DNA of 64,000 nucleotides from Bacteroidia bacterium (GTDB lineage Bacteria; Bacteroidota; Bacteroidia; CAIKAF01): NCBI GenBank assembly GCA_016742095.1, contig JACVCJ010000007.1, positions 59,854 to 123,853 of the forward strand, read 5' to 3'. Shown piece by piece: positions 19,488 to 28,600 of this stretch (position 1 is its first letter; each line of letters starts with the position of its first letter). The notes under the pieces were generated by a model. It saw only the letters and a program-made list of their open reading frames with translations, ran no database searches and was not told where the DNA came from. The position numbers and the translations under genes were made by a program.

Positions 19488-20540
19488 ATGCTTTTCGATC
19501 CCCTGAACGGTAAAACCTACGACGGCCCCCTGTGGCGATCCCCGGAAGGAAACATGCTACAGGTACGTAATACGATACATTTTGATCCGGCACGGATCGA
19601 TGTACACCAACAGGGTCAGTGGCGATACCGCGCTTTTATGCCGCTGGCGGAAGATACTCAACCCGTAAGCCTGGGCGAAGGGTATACACCCGTGGTGCCC
19701 CTGCCCTTCCCGGACAAAACACTGTACGCCAAGCTGGAACTGCTGTACCCTACCGGCAGTTACAAAGACCGCGGCGCCACTTTTCTGCTGAGTAAAATAC
19801 ACGAGCTGGGCATTACGGAAATTGTGGAGGACAGCAGCGGGAACGCCGGCTGTGCCATTGCCGCCTATGCCGCCCTGGCCGGGATACGCTGCCATATTGT
19901 GGTACCCGAAAGTACTTCCCCCGCCAAGATACGCCAGATCTCTGCCTACGGAGCCAACGTGCACACCGTGCCCGGCAACCGTACAGACGCCACGGAATAT
20001 GCCCTGCGCATGACCCGCGATATGTATTTTGCCAGTCACTGTTACAATCCCTGGTTCTTCCAGGGTACCATGACCTTTGCTTTTGAAGTGTGGGAGCAGC
20101 AGGCCCTGCCCGAAGAGATCATTTTCCCAACCGGCAACGGCACTTTACTGTTAGGCGCCTGGCTGGGTTTCAGCAAACTGAAGGAAGCCGGCATCATTGA
20201 ACGCATTCCGGCACTTTCCGCGGCCCAGGCCGATCTGTGTGCGCCCCTGTTCCATGCCTGGAAAGAGATCGAGTTCCCCGGAGGCAAGCCTACCCTGGCC
20301 GAAGGCATTACCGTGCAGCAGCCGGTACGCAAACAGGAGATACTGGACGCCGTGCGCAACAGCGGAGGGACCGTCTACACGGTGACCGAGGATGAAATTA
20401 TGCAGGCCCACCGTGCCCTGGCCCACAACGGTATTTATGCCGAATATACTTCGGGCGTGGCCTACGCGGCCGTTAAGCAGAGCAAATTCAGCCACATACT
20501 GATGCCGGTAACGGGCAGCGGGCTTAAGAACCGGGTGTAA
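19488..20540 (+). CDS. threonine-synthase-like PLP-dependent enzyme
   Basis: 350 aa with PLP-lysine motif YPTGSYKDRGA, then SSGNAGCAIAAYAA and a typical fold-type II layout. Confidence 0.8.
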   Translation: MLFDPLNGKTYDGPLWRSPEGNMLQVRNTIHFDPARIDVHQQGQWRYRAFMPLAEDTQPVSLGEGYTPVVPLPFPDKTLYAKLELLYPTGSYKDRGATFLLSKIHELGITEIVEDSSGNAGCAIAAYAALAGIRCHIVVPESTSPAKIRQISAYGANVHTVPGNRTDATEYALRMTRDMYFASHCYNPWFFQGTMTFAFEVWEQQALPEEIIFPTGNGTLLLGAWLGFSKLKEAGIIERIPALSAAQADLCAPLFHAWKEIEFPGGKPTLAEGITVQQPVRKQEILDAVRNSGGTVYTVTEDEIMQAHRALAHNGIYAEYTSGVAYAAVKQSKFSHILMPVTGSGLKNRV

Positions 20541-20553
20541 ATTGCCAAAAAAT

Positions 20554-20934
20554 TTAAACGGGAACTCTTCTGCTTTTCCTAGCTAACAGACCGGGGATAA
20601 CATCATCTTCAGGGGTCATTCCGACAATAACGGCATGTGCATCATTGGAATAATCTTCACTATATATAGGATCATGATGTGTACTTAAACCTTCTATTTC
20701 ACAAACCTCAGCATTACTTATTTCAAAAAGGAAGTACTTTTTAGCATCGACGATCGCAATTTCAGGCTTAGTTAATGACCTGACCTCTACAGACAATTCG
20801 CCGTTATCTTTTTCCCGTAACCGAAATACCCTCGATGTAGCGGTACCATCCGGATTCATATAATTATGTTCCGGTTTATTGTACCCTCGTCGGTACAGAT
20901 GTTCATCTTTTCCTACGGGTCGGCGCTCTTTCAT
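20554..20934 (-). CDS. hypothetical protein, third gene of the AT-rich cassette
   Basis: 126-aa ORF with ATG at 20932-20934, 7 nt downstream of the preceding ORF. AT-rich codon usage unlike the flanks. No family motif recognised. Confidence 0.6.
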   Translation of the reverse strand: MKERRPVGKDEHLYRRGYNKPEHNYMNPDGTATSRVFRLREKDNGELSVEVRSLTKPEIAIVDAKKYFLFEISNAEVCEIEGLSTHHDPIYSEDYSNDAHAVIVGMTPEDDVIPGLLARKSRRVPV

Positions 20935-20940
20935 TACAGA

Positions 20941-21426
20941 TTATTTCTTATTGAGCCATTGAAGTATTTCAGGCATTTTATCGTCGGCAAAAACTTCCTG
21001 ATAAGGCTGCTCTGTATCCGGAAAAAAAACCACGACTTCCCTGTTGGGATAAAAAATGATCTCAACCGATCTTTTCTTTGTTTTGTTTCTAATATCAAGC
21101 ATTATTTCACCGTCAGGACCGGGTGCTGCATGAAATATTGGATGCCCATGTCTTTCTAAAAGACTTGCCAGGAATCTTGCACGTTGAACAGCTGTAGGCG
21201 AAGGAGCCAGAGCCCCATCTTCGTCCCAGTTATTCTTCAATTCAGAATATGCATTCAGCAATTCTATTATTCTCGAATTCAAGGCATAAGGGTTCGAGAA
21301 ATCCGCTTTTACAACGATACCTGAACCGGACATATCCCGTTCAATATATGGTCTGTAATCACATACGGAAGGATTTAGCGCCGTAACAACCAAATGGGTA
21401 GTATAGTTATCGATCAAGGCTGGCAT
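20941..21426 (-). CDS. hypothetical protein, second gene of the AT-rich cassette
   Basis: 161-aa ORF with ATG at 21424-21426, overlapping the upstream gene by 20 nt. The C-terminal half contains NWDEDGALAPSPTAV...HAAPGPDGEIMLDI. No family assigned. Confidence 0.6.
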   Translation of the reverse strand: MPALIDNYTTHLVVTALNPSVCDYRPYIERDMSGSGIVVKADFSNPYALNSRIIELLNAYSELKNNWDEDGALAPSPTAVQRARFLASLLERHGHPIFHAAPGPDGEIMLDIRNKTKKRSVEIIFYPNREVVVFFPDTEQPYQEVFADDKMPEILQWLNKK

Positions 21427-22150
21427 AAAAATCAGGATTTAGTATTTCTTTAAATATATGTGAAGTTCTACTATGTGCATATTCAAGCCATTCTAAGATA
21501 TCCCGTTTTTTGAAATTCTGGGCTTTTTGAATCGTGGTGTTTAATATAACAGCCTCTTTTCCGGTCCTGTCATTTACACCGTTCGCTATATCAACCTGAA
21601 TTTCTGAATTATCTTCCAAAAGGAATCTTTGCGAAAGCCCCGTTCCAATTATAGTTCCAGGTAAGCTGTATTCGTTGTACATTTTTACCAGAAAGTTTTT
21701 GTTTATGAACTCCTGGAAATTTTCACCGTCTGCCATTTCCCAGGCATCCACATATTTTAGTTCTGCGCTTCTGAAACTCAGTGGTTCGTCGTACACTTCA
21801 CACAAAGAGTTGATTACCTTTATAACCGTAGGTTTATATGTTTTTTCCCATTCATACCCCTTTTCAATTTCATTTATTGTCAGAATCCCCGGCCCATGCT
21901 GCACAACCGGCCATTCAAACTCTCCGCTCCAGTACTGATGCAATGGCATCCCGAAAAACGTAGCTGACAGTCCTTCAGGTATTAATTTCTTTCGTAAGGG
22001 GAACTGAGCTTTAAGCTTTTGAGATAATACACCCTGCGCCAGTTCAAAACCGCTATCATACAGTACTCCGTTGGCATTACGCTCACCTTCCCAGCGAAGT
22101 TCAAATACCACTTCTTGCAATGGGGCTTTTTTCAACTTTGTGCTACTCAT
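21407..22150 (-). CDS. TIGR04255-like family protein, first gene of the AT-rich cassette
   Basis: 247 aa. The N-terminus KKAPLQEVVFELRWEG and C-terminus ILEWLEYAHSRTSHIFKEILNPDFY match my recollection of the sporadically distributed uncharacterised TIGR04255 family. Not verified by search. Confidence 0.6.
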   Translation of the reverse strand: MSSTKLKKAPLQEVVFELRWEGERNANGVLYDSGFELAQGVLSQKLKAQFPLRKKLIPEGLSATFFGMPLHQYWSGEFEWPVVQHGPGILTINEIEKGYEWEKTYKPTVIKVINSLCEVYDEPLSFRSAELKYVDAWEMADGENFQEFINKNFLVKMYNEYSLPGTIIGTGLSQRFLLEDNSEIQVDIANGVNDRTGKEAVILNTTIQKAQNFKKRDILEWLEYAHSRTSHIFKEILNPDFYASLDR

Positions 22151-22188
22151 ACGAAAGCGTTATACAATACGTAACGTAAATCAGGTCA

Positions 22189-22196
22189 CAAATGTA
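22189..22196 (-). promoter_or_regulatory. -7 box TACATTTG upstream of the AT-rich cassette
   Basis: On the minus strand, TACATTTG is a perfect TAnnTTTG match and lies 38 nt upstream of the ATG at 22150. No well-spaced -33 TTG is visible. Confidence 0.4.
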
Positions 22197-22253
22197 TCAA
22201 TTAATGTAAGCAATATACTACCAATTAAAGAAAGTCACAAATAAAGAAACGTT

Positions 22254-22281
22254 AAAGGGCATCTCCTATGAAATGCCCCTT
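22254..22281 (-). terminator. putative terminator hairpin after clpB
   Basis: On the minus strand: AAGGGGCAT / ATGCCCTTT hairpin with one bulge, followed by AACGTTTCTTTATTTG. This is a weak, interrupted U-tract. Confidence 0.5.
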
Positions 22282-22317
22282 GAAAATTTGTATGTTCTGA
22301 TTTACTTTTTCTACTGC

Positions 22318-24912
22318 TTACGCATTTCTGAATACAATTTCGCCGTCGAACTGGTCCACCACAATGGGTTGTTCCTTGTTCACCTTTCCGGCCAGGATCA
22401 TTTTGCTGAGTTCGTTCAGCACCCGTTTCTGCAGTACGCGTTTCAGCGGACGTGCGCCGAAAGTGGGATCGTATCCCAGCTGCGAAAGCCATTCTACCGC
22501 TTCTTCGGAATAACTGAGCTGTACGCCGCTGTTTTTCAGCAACTGCTCGCTGATGCCGTGTAACTGGATGCGTACGATCTCTTTTACATCTTTACGGGAA
22601 AGCGGTGTAAACATGATCGTTTCATCGATCCGGTTCAGGAATTCCGGACGTAACGTTTTACGTAACAGTTCGAATACTTCGCTGCGGGTCCGGGCCAGTA
22701 CGCTTTCTTCATCTTCCATGTCCAGGTTGCTCAGGTTTTCCTGTATGATGTGCGAACCCAGGTTACTGGTGAGAATGATGATGGTGTTCTTGAAATTGGC
22801 CACCCGTCCCTTGTTGTCGGTAAGGCGTCCGTCGTCGAGCACCTGCAGCAGTATGTTGAATACGTCGGGGTGGGCTTTCTCGATCTCGTCGAGCAGTACC
22901 ACGCTGTATGGTTTGCGGCGTACGGCCTCGGTAAGCTGACCGCCTTCATCATAACCCACGTATCCCGGAGGCGCTCCCACCAGGCGCGACACGCTGTGTT
23001 TCTCCTGGTATTCGCTCATGTCGATACGCGTAAGGGCATCTTCGTTATCGAAGAGGTATTCGGCCAGGGCCTTGGCCAGTTCCGTTTTACCCACACCCGT
23101 AGTTCCGAGGAAAATAAAGGAACCGATGGGACGTTTGGGGTCCTGCAGACCGGCCCGGTTACGGCGTACCGCATCGGCAACGGCTTCGATGGCCTCGTTC
23201 TGACCCACCACGCGTTTGTGCAGTTCGTCCTCGAGGTTCAGCAGTTTTTCACGTTCGGTCTGCAGCATTTTGTTTACGGGAATGCCCGTCCAGCGCGATA
23301 CAATGTCGGCAATGTCCTCGGCGTCCACCTCTTCCTTGATCAGGGATTTGGAGTCCGACTGCATTTCCTGCAGCTCTTTCTGGGCCGCGGTCAGCTGCTC
23401 ATTGGCCTCGCGCATACGGCCGTACTGTATCTCGGCCACTTTTCCGAAATCGCCTTCCCGGCTGGCCTGTTCGGCCTGTAATTTCAGTTCCTCGATCTCC
23501 AGTTTGGTCTTCTGGATGCGGTCTACCATTTCTTTTTCGGCAGACCAGCGCGAGTTGATGGCATTGCGTTTCTCCTGCAGCTCGGCGATCTCGCGGGACA
23601 GACGGTCGATCTTTTCGGTATCGCCTTCGCGTTTGATGGCCTCCCGTTCGATCTCGAGGCGGAACAATTCCCGTTCGATGGCATCGAGTTCTTCGGGTTT
23701 GGAGTTGATCTCTATACGCAGTTTGGCGCAGGCCTCGTCCATCAGGTCGATGGCCTTATCGGGCAGGTAACGGTCGGTGATGTAGCGCTGCGAAAGCTCT
23801 ACGGCGGCCACTACGGCCTCGTCTTTGATGCGTACTTTATGGTGTGTTTCGTATTTTTCCTTGATACCCCGCAGGATCGAAATGGCGTCCTCGGCATCGG
23901 GTTCATCCACCAGTACCTTCTGGAAACGGCGTTCCAGGGCTTTATCACTTTCAAAATACTTCTGGTATTCATCGAGTGTGGTGGCACCAATGGCACGCAG
24001 TTCTCCGCGGGCCAGGGCCGGTTTCAGAATATTAGCGGCGTCCATGGCTCCCTGTCCGCCCCCGGCGCCTACCAGGGTATGGATCTCGTCGATAAAGAGA
24101 ATGATCTCTCCGTTCGACTGCTGTACTTCTTTCACAACGGCCTTGAGTCGTTCTTCGAACTCGCCTTTGTATTTGGCACCGGCGATCAGCGCGCCCATAT
24201 CCAGCGAGTACACTACTTTGCTGCGCAGGTTCTCGGGTACGTCGGCATTTACGATACGGTGCGCCAGGCCCTCGGCAATGGCGGTCTTACCCACACCGGG
24301 TTCCCCGATCAGTACGGGATTGTTCTTGGTACGGCGCGAAAGTATGTGCAGTACACGGCGGATCTCTTCGTCACGACCGATCACCGGGTCCAGCTTGCCC
24401 GTACGGGCCGCCTCATTCAGGTTACGGGCGTATTTGGAAAGCGCCTGGTAGGTCTCTTCGCTGCCGGCGCTGCCTACCGTGCTGCCTTTGCGCAGTTCGG
24501 CAATGGCGGCGGAAAGTGCTTTTTCGGTCACGCCCTGGTCCTTCAGTATCTGCGACGCGGGATCGGATACCGACAATATACCCATCAGCAGCATTTCTAC
24601 CGATACGAACTCATCGCCTTTTTCACCCGCAAAATTCTGGGCTTTGGCAAGGGCCTTGGCCGCATTGGGCGAAAGATAGGGATTGCCCGATGTTTTGGGA
24701 TAGGAATTGACCAGGTCTTCCACACGGCGTTCGATCTGCTGTACATTGGCATTGAGCTTACGCAGCAGGAACGGTGTTACTTCCTTGTCTTCGTTGAAGA
24801 GGGCCTGCATAACGTGCGCCATTTCAATGGCCTGGTGGTCTTTACCCAAAGCCAGCTGCTGGGCGGCCTGCAGGATCTCCTGTGATTTTATGGTGAACTT
24901 TTCCAGATTCAT
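22318..24912 (-). CDS. clpB: ATP-dependent chaperone ClpB
   Basis: 864 aa with a Clp N-domain, two AAA+ modules ([10 protein letters not shown] and [14 protein letters not shown]) and a long coiled-coil middle domain. Confidence 0.97.
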   Translation of the reverse strand: MNLEKFTIKSQEILQAAQQLALGKDHQAIEMAHVMQALFNEDKEVTPFLLRKLNANVQQIERRVEDLVNSYPKTSGNPYLSPNAAKALAKAQNFAGEKGDEFVSVEMLLMGILSVSDPASQILKDQGVTEKALSAAIAELRKGSTVGSAGSEETYQALSKYARNLNEAARTGKLDPVIGRDEEIRRVLHILSRRTKNNPVLIGEPGVGKTAIAEGLAHRIVNADVPENLRSKVVYSLDMGALIAGAKYKGEFEERLKAVVKEVQQSNGEIILFIDEIHTLVGAGGGQGAMDAANILKPALARGELRAIGATTLDEYQKYFESDKALERRFQKVLVDEPDAEDAISILRGIKEKYETHHKVRIKDEAVVAAVELSQRYITDRYLPDKAIDLMDEACAKLRIEINSKPEELDAIERELFRLEIEREAIKREGDTEKIDRLSREIAELQEKRNAINSRWSAEKEMVDRIQKTKLEIEELKLQAEQASREGDFGKVAEIQYGRMREANEQLTAAQKELQEMQSDSKSLIKEEVDAEDIADIVSRWTGIPVNKMLQTEREKLLNLEDELHKRVVGQNEAIEAVADAVRRNRAGLQDPKRPIGSFIFLGTTGVGKTELAKALAEYLFDNEDALTRIDMSEYQEKHSVSRLVGAPPGYVGYDEGGQLTEAVRRKPYSVVLLDEIEKAHPDVFNILLQVLDDGRLTDNKGRVANFKNTIIILTSNLGSHIIQENLSNLDMEDEESVLARTRSEVFELLRKTLRPEFLNRIDETIMFTPLSRKDVKEIVRIQLHGISEQLLKNSGVQLSYSEEAVEWLSQLGYDPTFGARPLKRVLQKRVLNELSKMILAGKVNKEQPIVVDQFDGEIVFRNA

Positions 24913-25086
24913 ATACTTTGTTTATTTCGTTGGTATGCAAAGTGTGAATCAATATGCTTGCCGAAAATACAAAATACGGAAGAAAAAGTATCAAGATCTT
25001 ATTTATCAAACACTTAAATAAAACTCAGGATCAGGCCATTACGTCAGGGACCTGCAGAAAAAAGCGACAAAATGACAGCTTTCTGT

Positions 25087-25515
25087 TCAGTAATAGTGCA
25101 TGTTGATGGTAATGCTCTTTGCCGCTCCCTTTACGCTGATCAGTGCGTCGGCATATTTGGGCGGGCCGAAGCTGCCCCTGGCGTCATTCGAAGCACCGGA
25201 ACCTTCTTTGGGAATACCGATGCCGTTGGTGTTCATTTTCAGGTCGCCGTTCTCATCGTGCAGTACCGATACGGCATAGTACCCGTCGGGGATATCCTTA
25301 AAAATATGTTTTACTTCGCTGCCCGGTATCTTCGCTATTTTTGCCTTGTACAGGGCCTTGCTGTCGTCGGAAGGAAATCCGTCGGCCGAACGGAATACGC
25401 TCAGCAGCAGGTTGCCTTCGGTATTCCGTAATCCCTTTACGGTTACACTCAGGGAATGCTGTGCCAGCAGTGTGGCGGGCAGAAAAACGAACAGGAAAGC
25501 GGTCAGGTACTTCAT
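25087..25515 (-). CDS. DUF2141 domain-containing secreted protein
   Basis: 142 aa from the ATG at 25513-25515. MKYLTAFLFVFLPATLLAQHSLSVTVKGLRNTEGNLLLSVF...DENGDLKMNTNGIGIPKEG is typical of DUF2141. Confidence 0.8.
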   Translation of the reverse strand: MKYLTAFLFVFLPATLLAQHSLSVTVKGLRNTEGNLLLSVFRSADGFPSDDSKALYKAKIAKIPGSEVKHIFKDIPDGYYAVSVLHDENGDLKMNTNGIGIPKEGSGASNDARGSFGPPKYADALISVKGAAKSITINMHYY

Positions 25516-25570
25516 ACTAAAAATGCGTATACAAATAAAACGCAAGAATACGCAGCTTGTTCCGCATTAG

Positions 25571-25609
25571 TAAATAAATAACAAAGGCATCCCGTGTGGA
25601 ATGCCTTTG
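25571..25609 (-). terminator. terminator hairpin after the 1378-aa PKD gene
   Basis: Perfect 9-bp stem CAAAGGCAT (25582-25590) / ATGCCTTTG (25601-25609). On the minus strand it is followed by the T-rich GTTATTTATTTA. Confidence 0.6.
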
Positions 25610-25630
25610 CGCTTATGTTTTGTGTATGCG

Positions 25631-28600
25631 TTAGTGCAGAATATTCACATGACCCATGCGGTCGTAGGTTTTTCCGCTTTCCGCCTTGTAAAAAAGCTTG
25701 TAGGAATAGGTATCCTGTTTGAGCGAGTTACCGCTGCGGTCGGTGCAGTTCCAGGTGAGACGGTCGGTCTGCCATCCTTTTACGTGGCCTACTTTTTCGC
25801 CCCAGCGGTCAAACACCAGCAGTTCGGCATCCACAATACCGATACCGGTGATCAGGAAGCTCTCATTGATACCGTCGTTGTTCACGGTAGCCGTATTCGG
25901 TATGTAAATGATGTGGTCTCCATAGATGTACACCCGCTCCTGGGTCGAATCCAGGCAACCGTACTGGTTACTCACCACCAGGGTTACATCGTATTCTGTG
26001 GCTCCCTCCGGCTGGTACAGGTGTCCCGGGTGCGTGGCCGTAGAGCCGTTACCGTCTCCAAAGTACCACTGGCTGCCGGTATACCCGTCGCTCATATTGG
26101 TGAACTGGAAGAACGGAGACGACAGCGGCGCTTTGCCCGGATTGTTGTCGAAATGAGCTACCGGCGTCGGGAAGGCAACGATACTGCCTACCGAAGTGGC
26201 GGTGTCTTTACAGCCCATGTCCGTAGTTACGATCAGGGTTATGGGGTAGGTTCCCGCACCGTAAATGATGCCCGGGTTTGGATCGGAACTGAAATCGGCG
26301 CCCAGGTCCCAGTCGTAATCCACGATATTACCGGCAACGATGGTGCTGGTCGTAGTAAACTGTACGGCCAGTGGTGAACAGCCGCTCATCTGGTCGATGG
26401 TGAACGAAGCCGACGGGTTCGGATGTACCGTTACCGCATGCATGATGCTGTCTTCGCAACCGAAGTTCGAGGTAGCTACCAGCCATACGTTATAGGTCCC
26501 GTAGTTCGGGTAAATGACCTGTGGCGTCTGTGATGTGCTGTTGGGTATAGCCGCTCCGAACTGCCATTCCCAGGCGTTGATAGAGCCCGAAGTGATGGAA
26601 CTGTTGTTCTGGAATACGGTAAAGTTGTTCTGGCAAACCGCGGCGGCGCTGAAGTCAGGCTGCGGCAGCGGATGAATGGTCACGTTCTGTGTAACGGTAT
26701 CCGAGCAGCCGAAGGCCGTGGTTACGATCAGCGTTACGGGGAACGATCCGTCGGTGTTATATGGATGCGTTGTGGAGGCGGTGCCGTAGGTAGTTCCGTC
26801 GTGCATACTCCAGTTGTTTACCGTGATCGGGTCCAGCGCTGTGGTGGACGTATTGGTAAAGCTTACGGTCTGGTAGCGGCACACCGGGTTAAAGGTAAAG
26901 CCGGCCACGGGCAGTTCGTGTACGGTCACGGCCTGCTCGATGCTGTCGCTGCAGCCGTCGGCATTGGTCACGCCCAGGCCTACGTTAAATACGCCCGTAT
27001 TGCCATACGTATGCAGCGGGTTCTGAACGGGCGATCCGTTACCGTCCCCAAAGGTCCAGCCCCAGGTCTGTATGGCCGAGCCGCCATTGGTCAGCGAAGA
27101 GTCCATGAACTGTACATTGATGCCGCAGGCAGCAGGTATCGGGAACTGGGCCACCGGGTTATTGAATACCGGTATGGTTTGCGAGGTGGTATCGGCACAA
27201 CCGTTGTTATCGGTTACGATGAGCTCTACGGTATAGGTACCGGCAGCGGCATAACCGTGCACCGGTGAAGCCACCGCGTCTCCGTTACCATCGCCGAAAT
27301 CCCAGTCCCAGTTGGTAATGTTGGCATTATTCACTGAAGAACCGTCGTTATACAGTACCTGTTCGTTTACGCAGGCCTGCACGGGTATCTGGAAGGCAGC
27401 TACCGGGATATCCCAGAGTACGATATTCTGTGAAGCCGTATCGAAACAGTTGTCCTGGTTCTCTACGATGAGCTGTACCGTGTAGTTCCAGCCCAGGCCG
27501 GTGGTGACCGGATCGCCGTAGGTGTAACTGGCGTTGGCCGTGGTAGCGCTGTTTCCGTCACCGAAATCCCAGGCAAAGGAATTAAAGCTGGTATTGGCCA
27601 CCGAGGTATTGGTGAACACCCGGTCGTAACCACAGACCGAAGGCGCCGTGAACGATGCCAGCGGACTCTGACGTACGTGTACGCTTTGTGAAACGGTATC
27701 GGCACAACCGGTGGCCGAAGTGGCGATCAGCTCTACCGTATAATCGCCGCCCGCTGCATAAACAGGTGTGGGCGAAGCGGCAGTAGCGCCGTTGCCATCG
27801 CCGAAGTCCCAGTCATAGCTGAGGGCCGTACCGTCGTCGATGGTACTGGTATTGGCAAACTGAACGCTCTGGTCGCAGTTGGCCGTAAAGTTGTAGGCCG
27901 CAACGGGTATATCCCACAGCGTAATGGCCTGTATGGCCGTATCGAAACAGTTGTCCTGGTTCTCTACGATCAGCTGTACGTTGTAGTTCCAGCCCAGGCC
28001 CGAAACCGAAGGATCGGGATAGGTATAATTCACGTTCTGTGTGCTGGCCGAAGCTCCGTTACCGAAATCCCAGGCAAAGGAGTTAAAATTGGTATTGGCA
28101 GCCGAAGTATTGGTAAATACCCGGTCGAAACCGCAGGCCGAAGGTGCGGTGAACGAAGCCACCGGGCTCTGGCGCACGTGTACATTCTGCTGTATGGTAT
28201 CGGCACAGCCGGTTGCTGAACTCACGATCAGTTCTACCACGTAATCACCGCCGGCACCATAAACCGGTGTGGGCGAAGCCGCAGTAGCTCCGTTGCCATC
28301 GCCGAAGTCCCAGTCATAGCTGAGGGCCGTACCGTCGTCAATGGTGCTGGTATTGGTAAACTGAACGCTCTGGTCGCAGTTGGCCGTAAAGTTATAGCCG
28401 GCTACGGGTATGTCCCAGAGGGTAATATTTTGTGTGGCCGTATCGAAACAGTTATCCTGGTTCTCCACGATGAGCTGTACATTATAATTCCAGCCCAGCC
28501 CGGAAACCGAAGGATCGGCGTAGGTATACTGCGGGTTCTGCGCGGTAGACGAAGCTCCGTTGCCGAAGGTCCAGGCAAAGGAAGTAAAGGTGTTATTGGC

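Noticed and set aside
20554-20934. Possible catalytic signatures in the 126-aa cassette protein. One is a HEPN-like R-x6-H (RGYNKPEH). The other is an R / T-S / E-x-E arrangement resembling the ADP-ribosyltransferase R-S-E triad.
   Set aside because: The R-x6-H lies near the N-terminus in a region that does not look helical, unlike HEPN domains. The R-to-S spacing of about 18 aa is shorter than in ADP-ribosyltransferases I know. Both are short patterns expected by chance. A structure or profile search is needed before making either claim.
20541-22317. Mobile-element hallmarks around the AT-rich cassette: integrase, transposase, tRNA target, terminal inverted repeats or direct repeats.
   Set aside because: I found none. 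The only shared flank string is a trivial AAAATTT. I therefore do not annotate it as a mobile element, only as compositionally foreign DNA.
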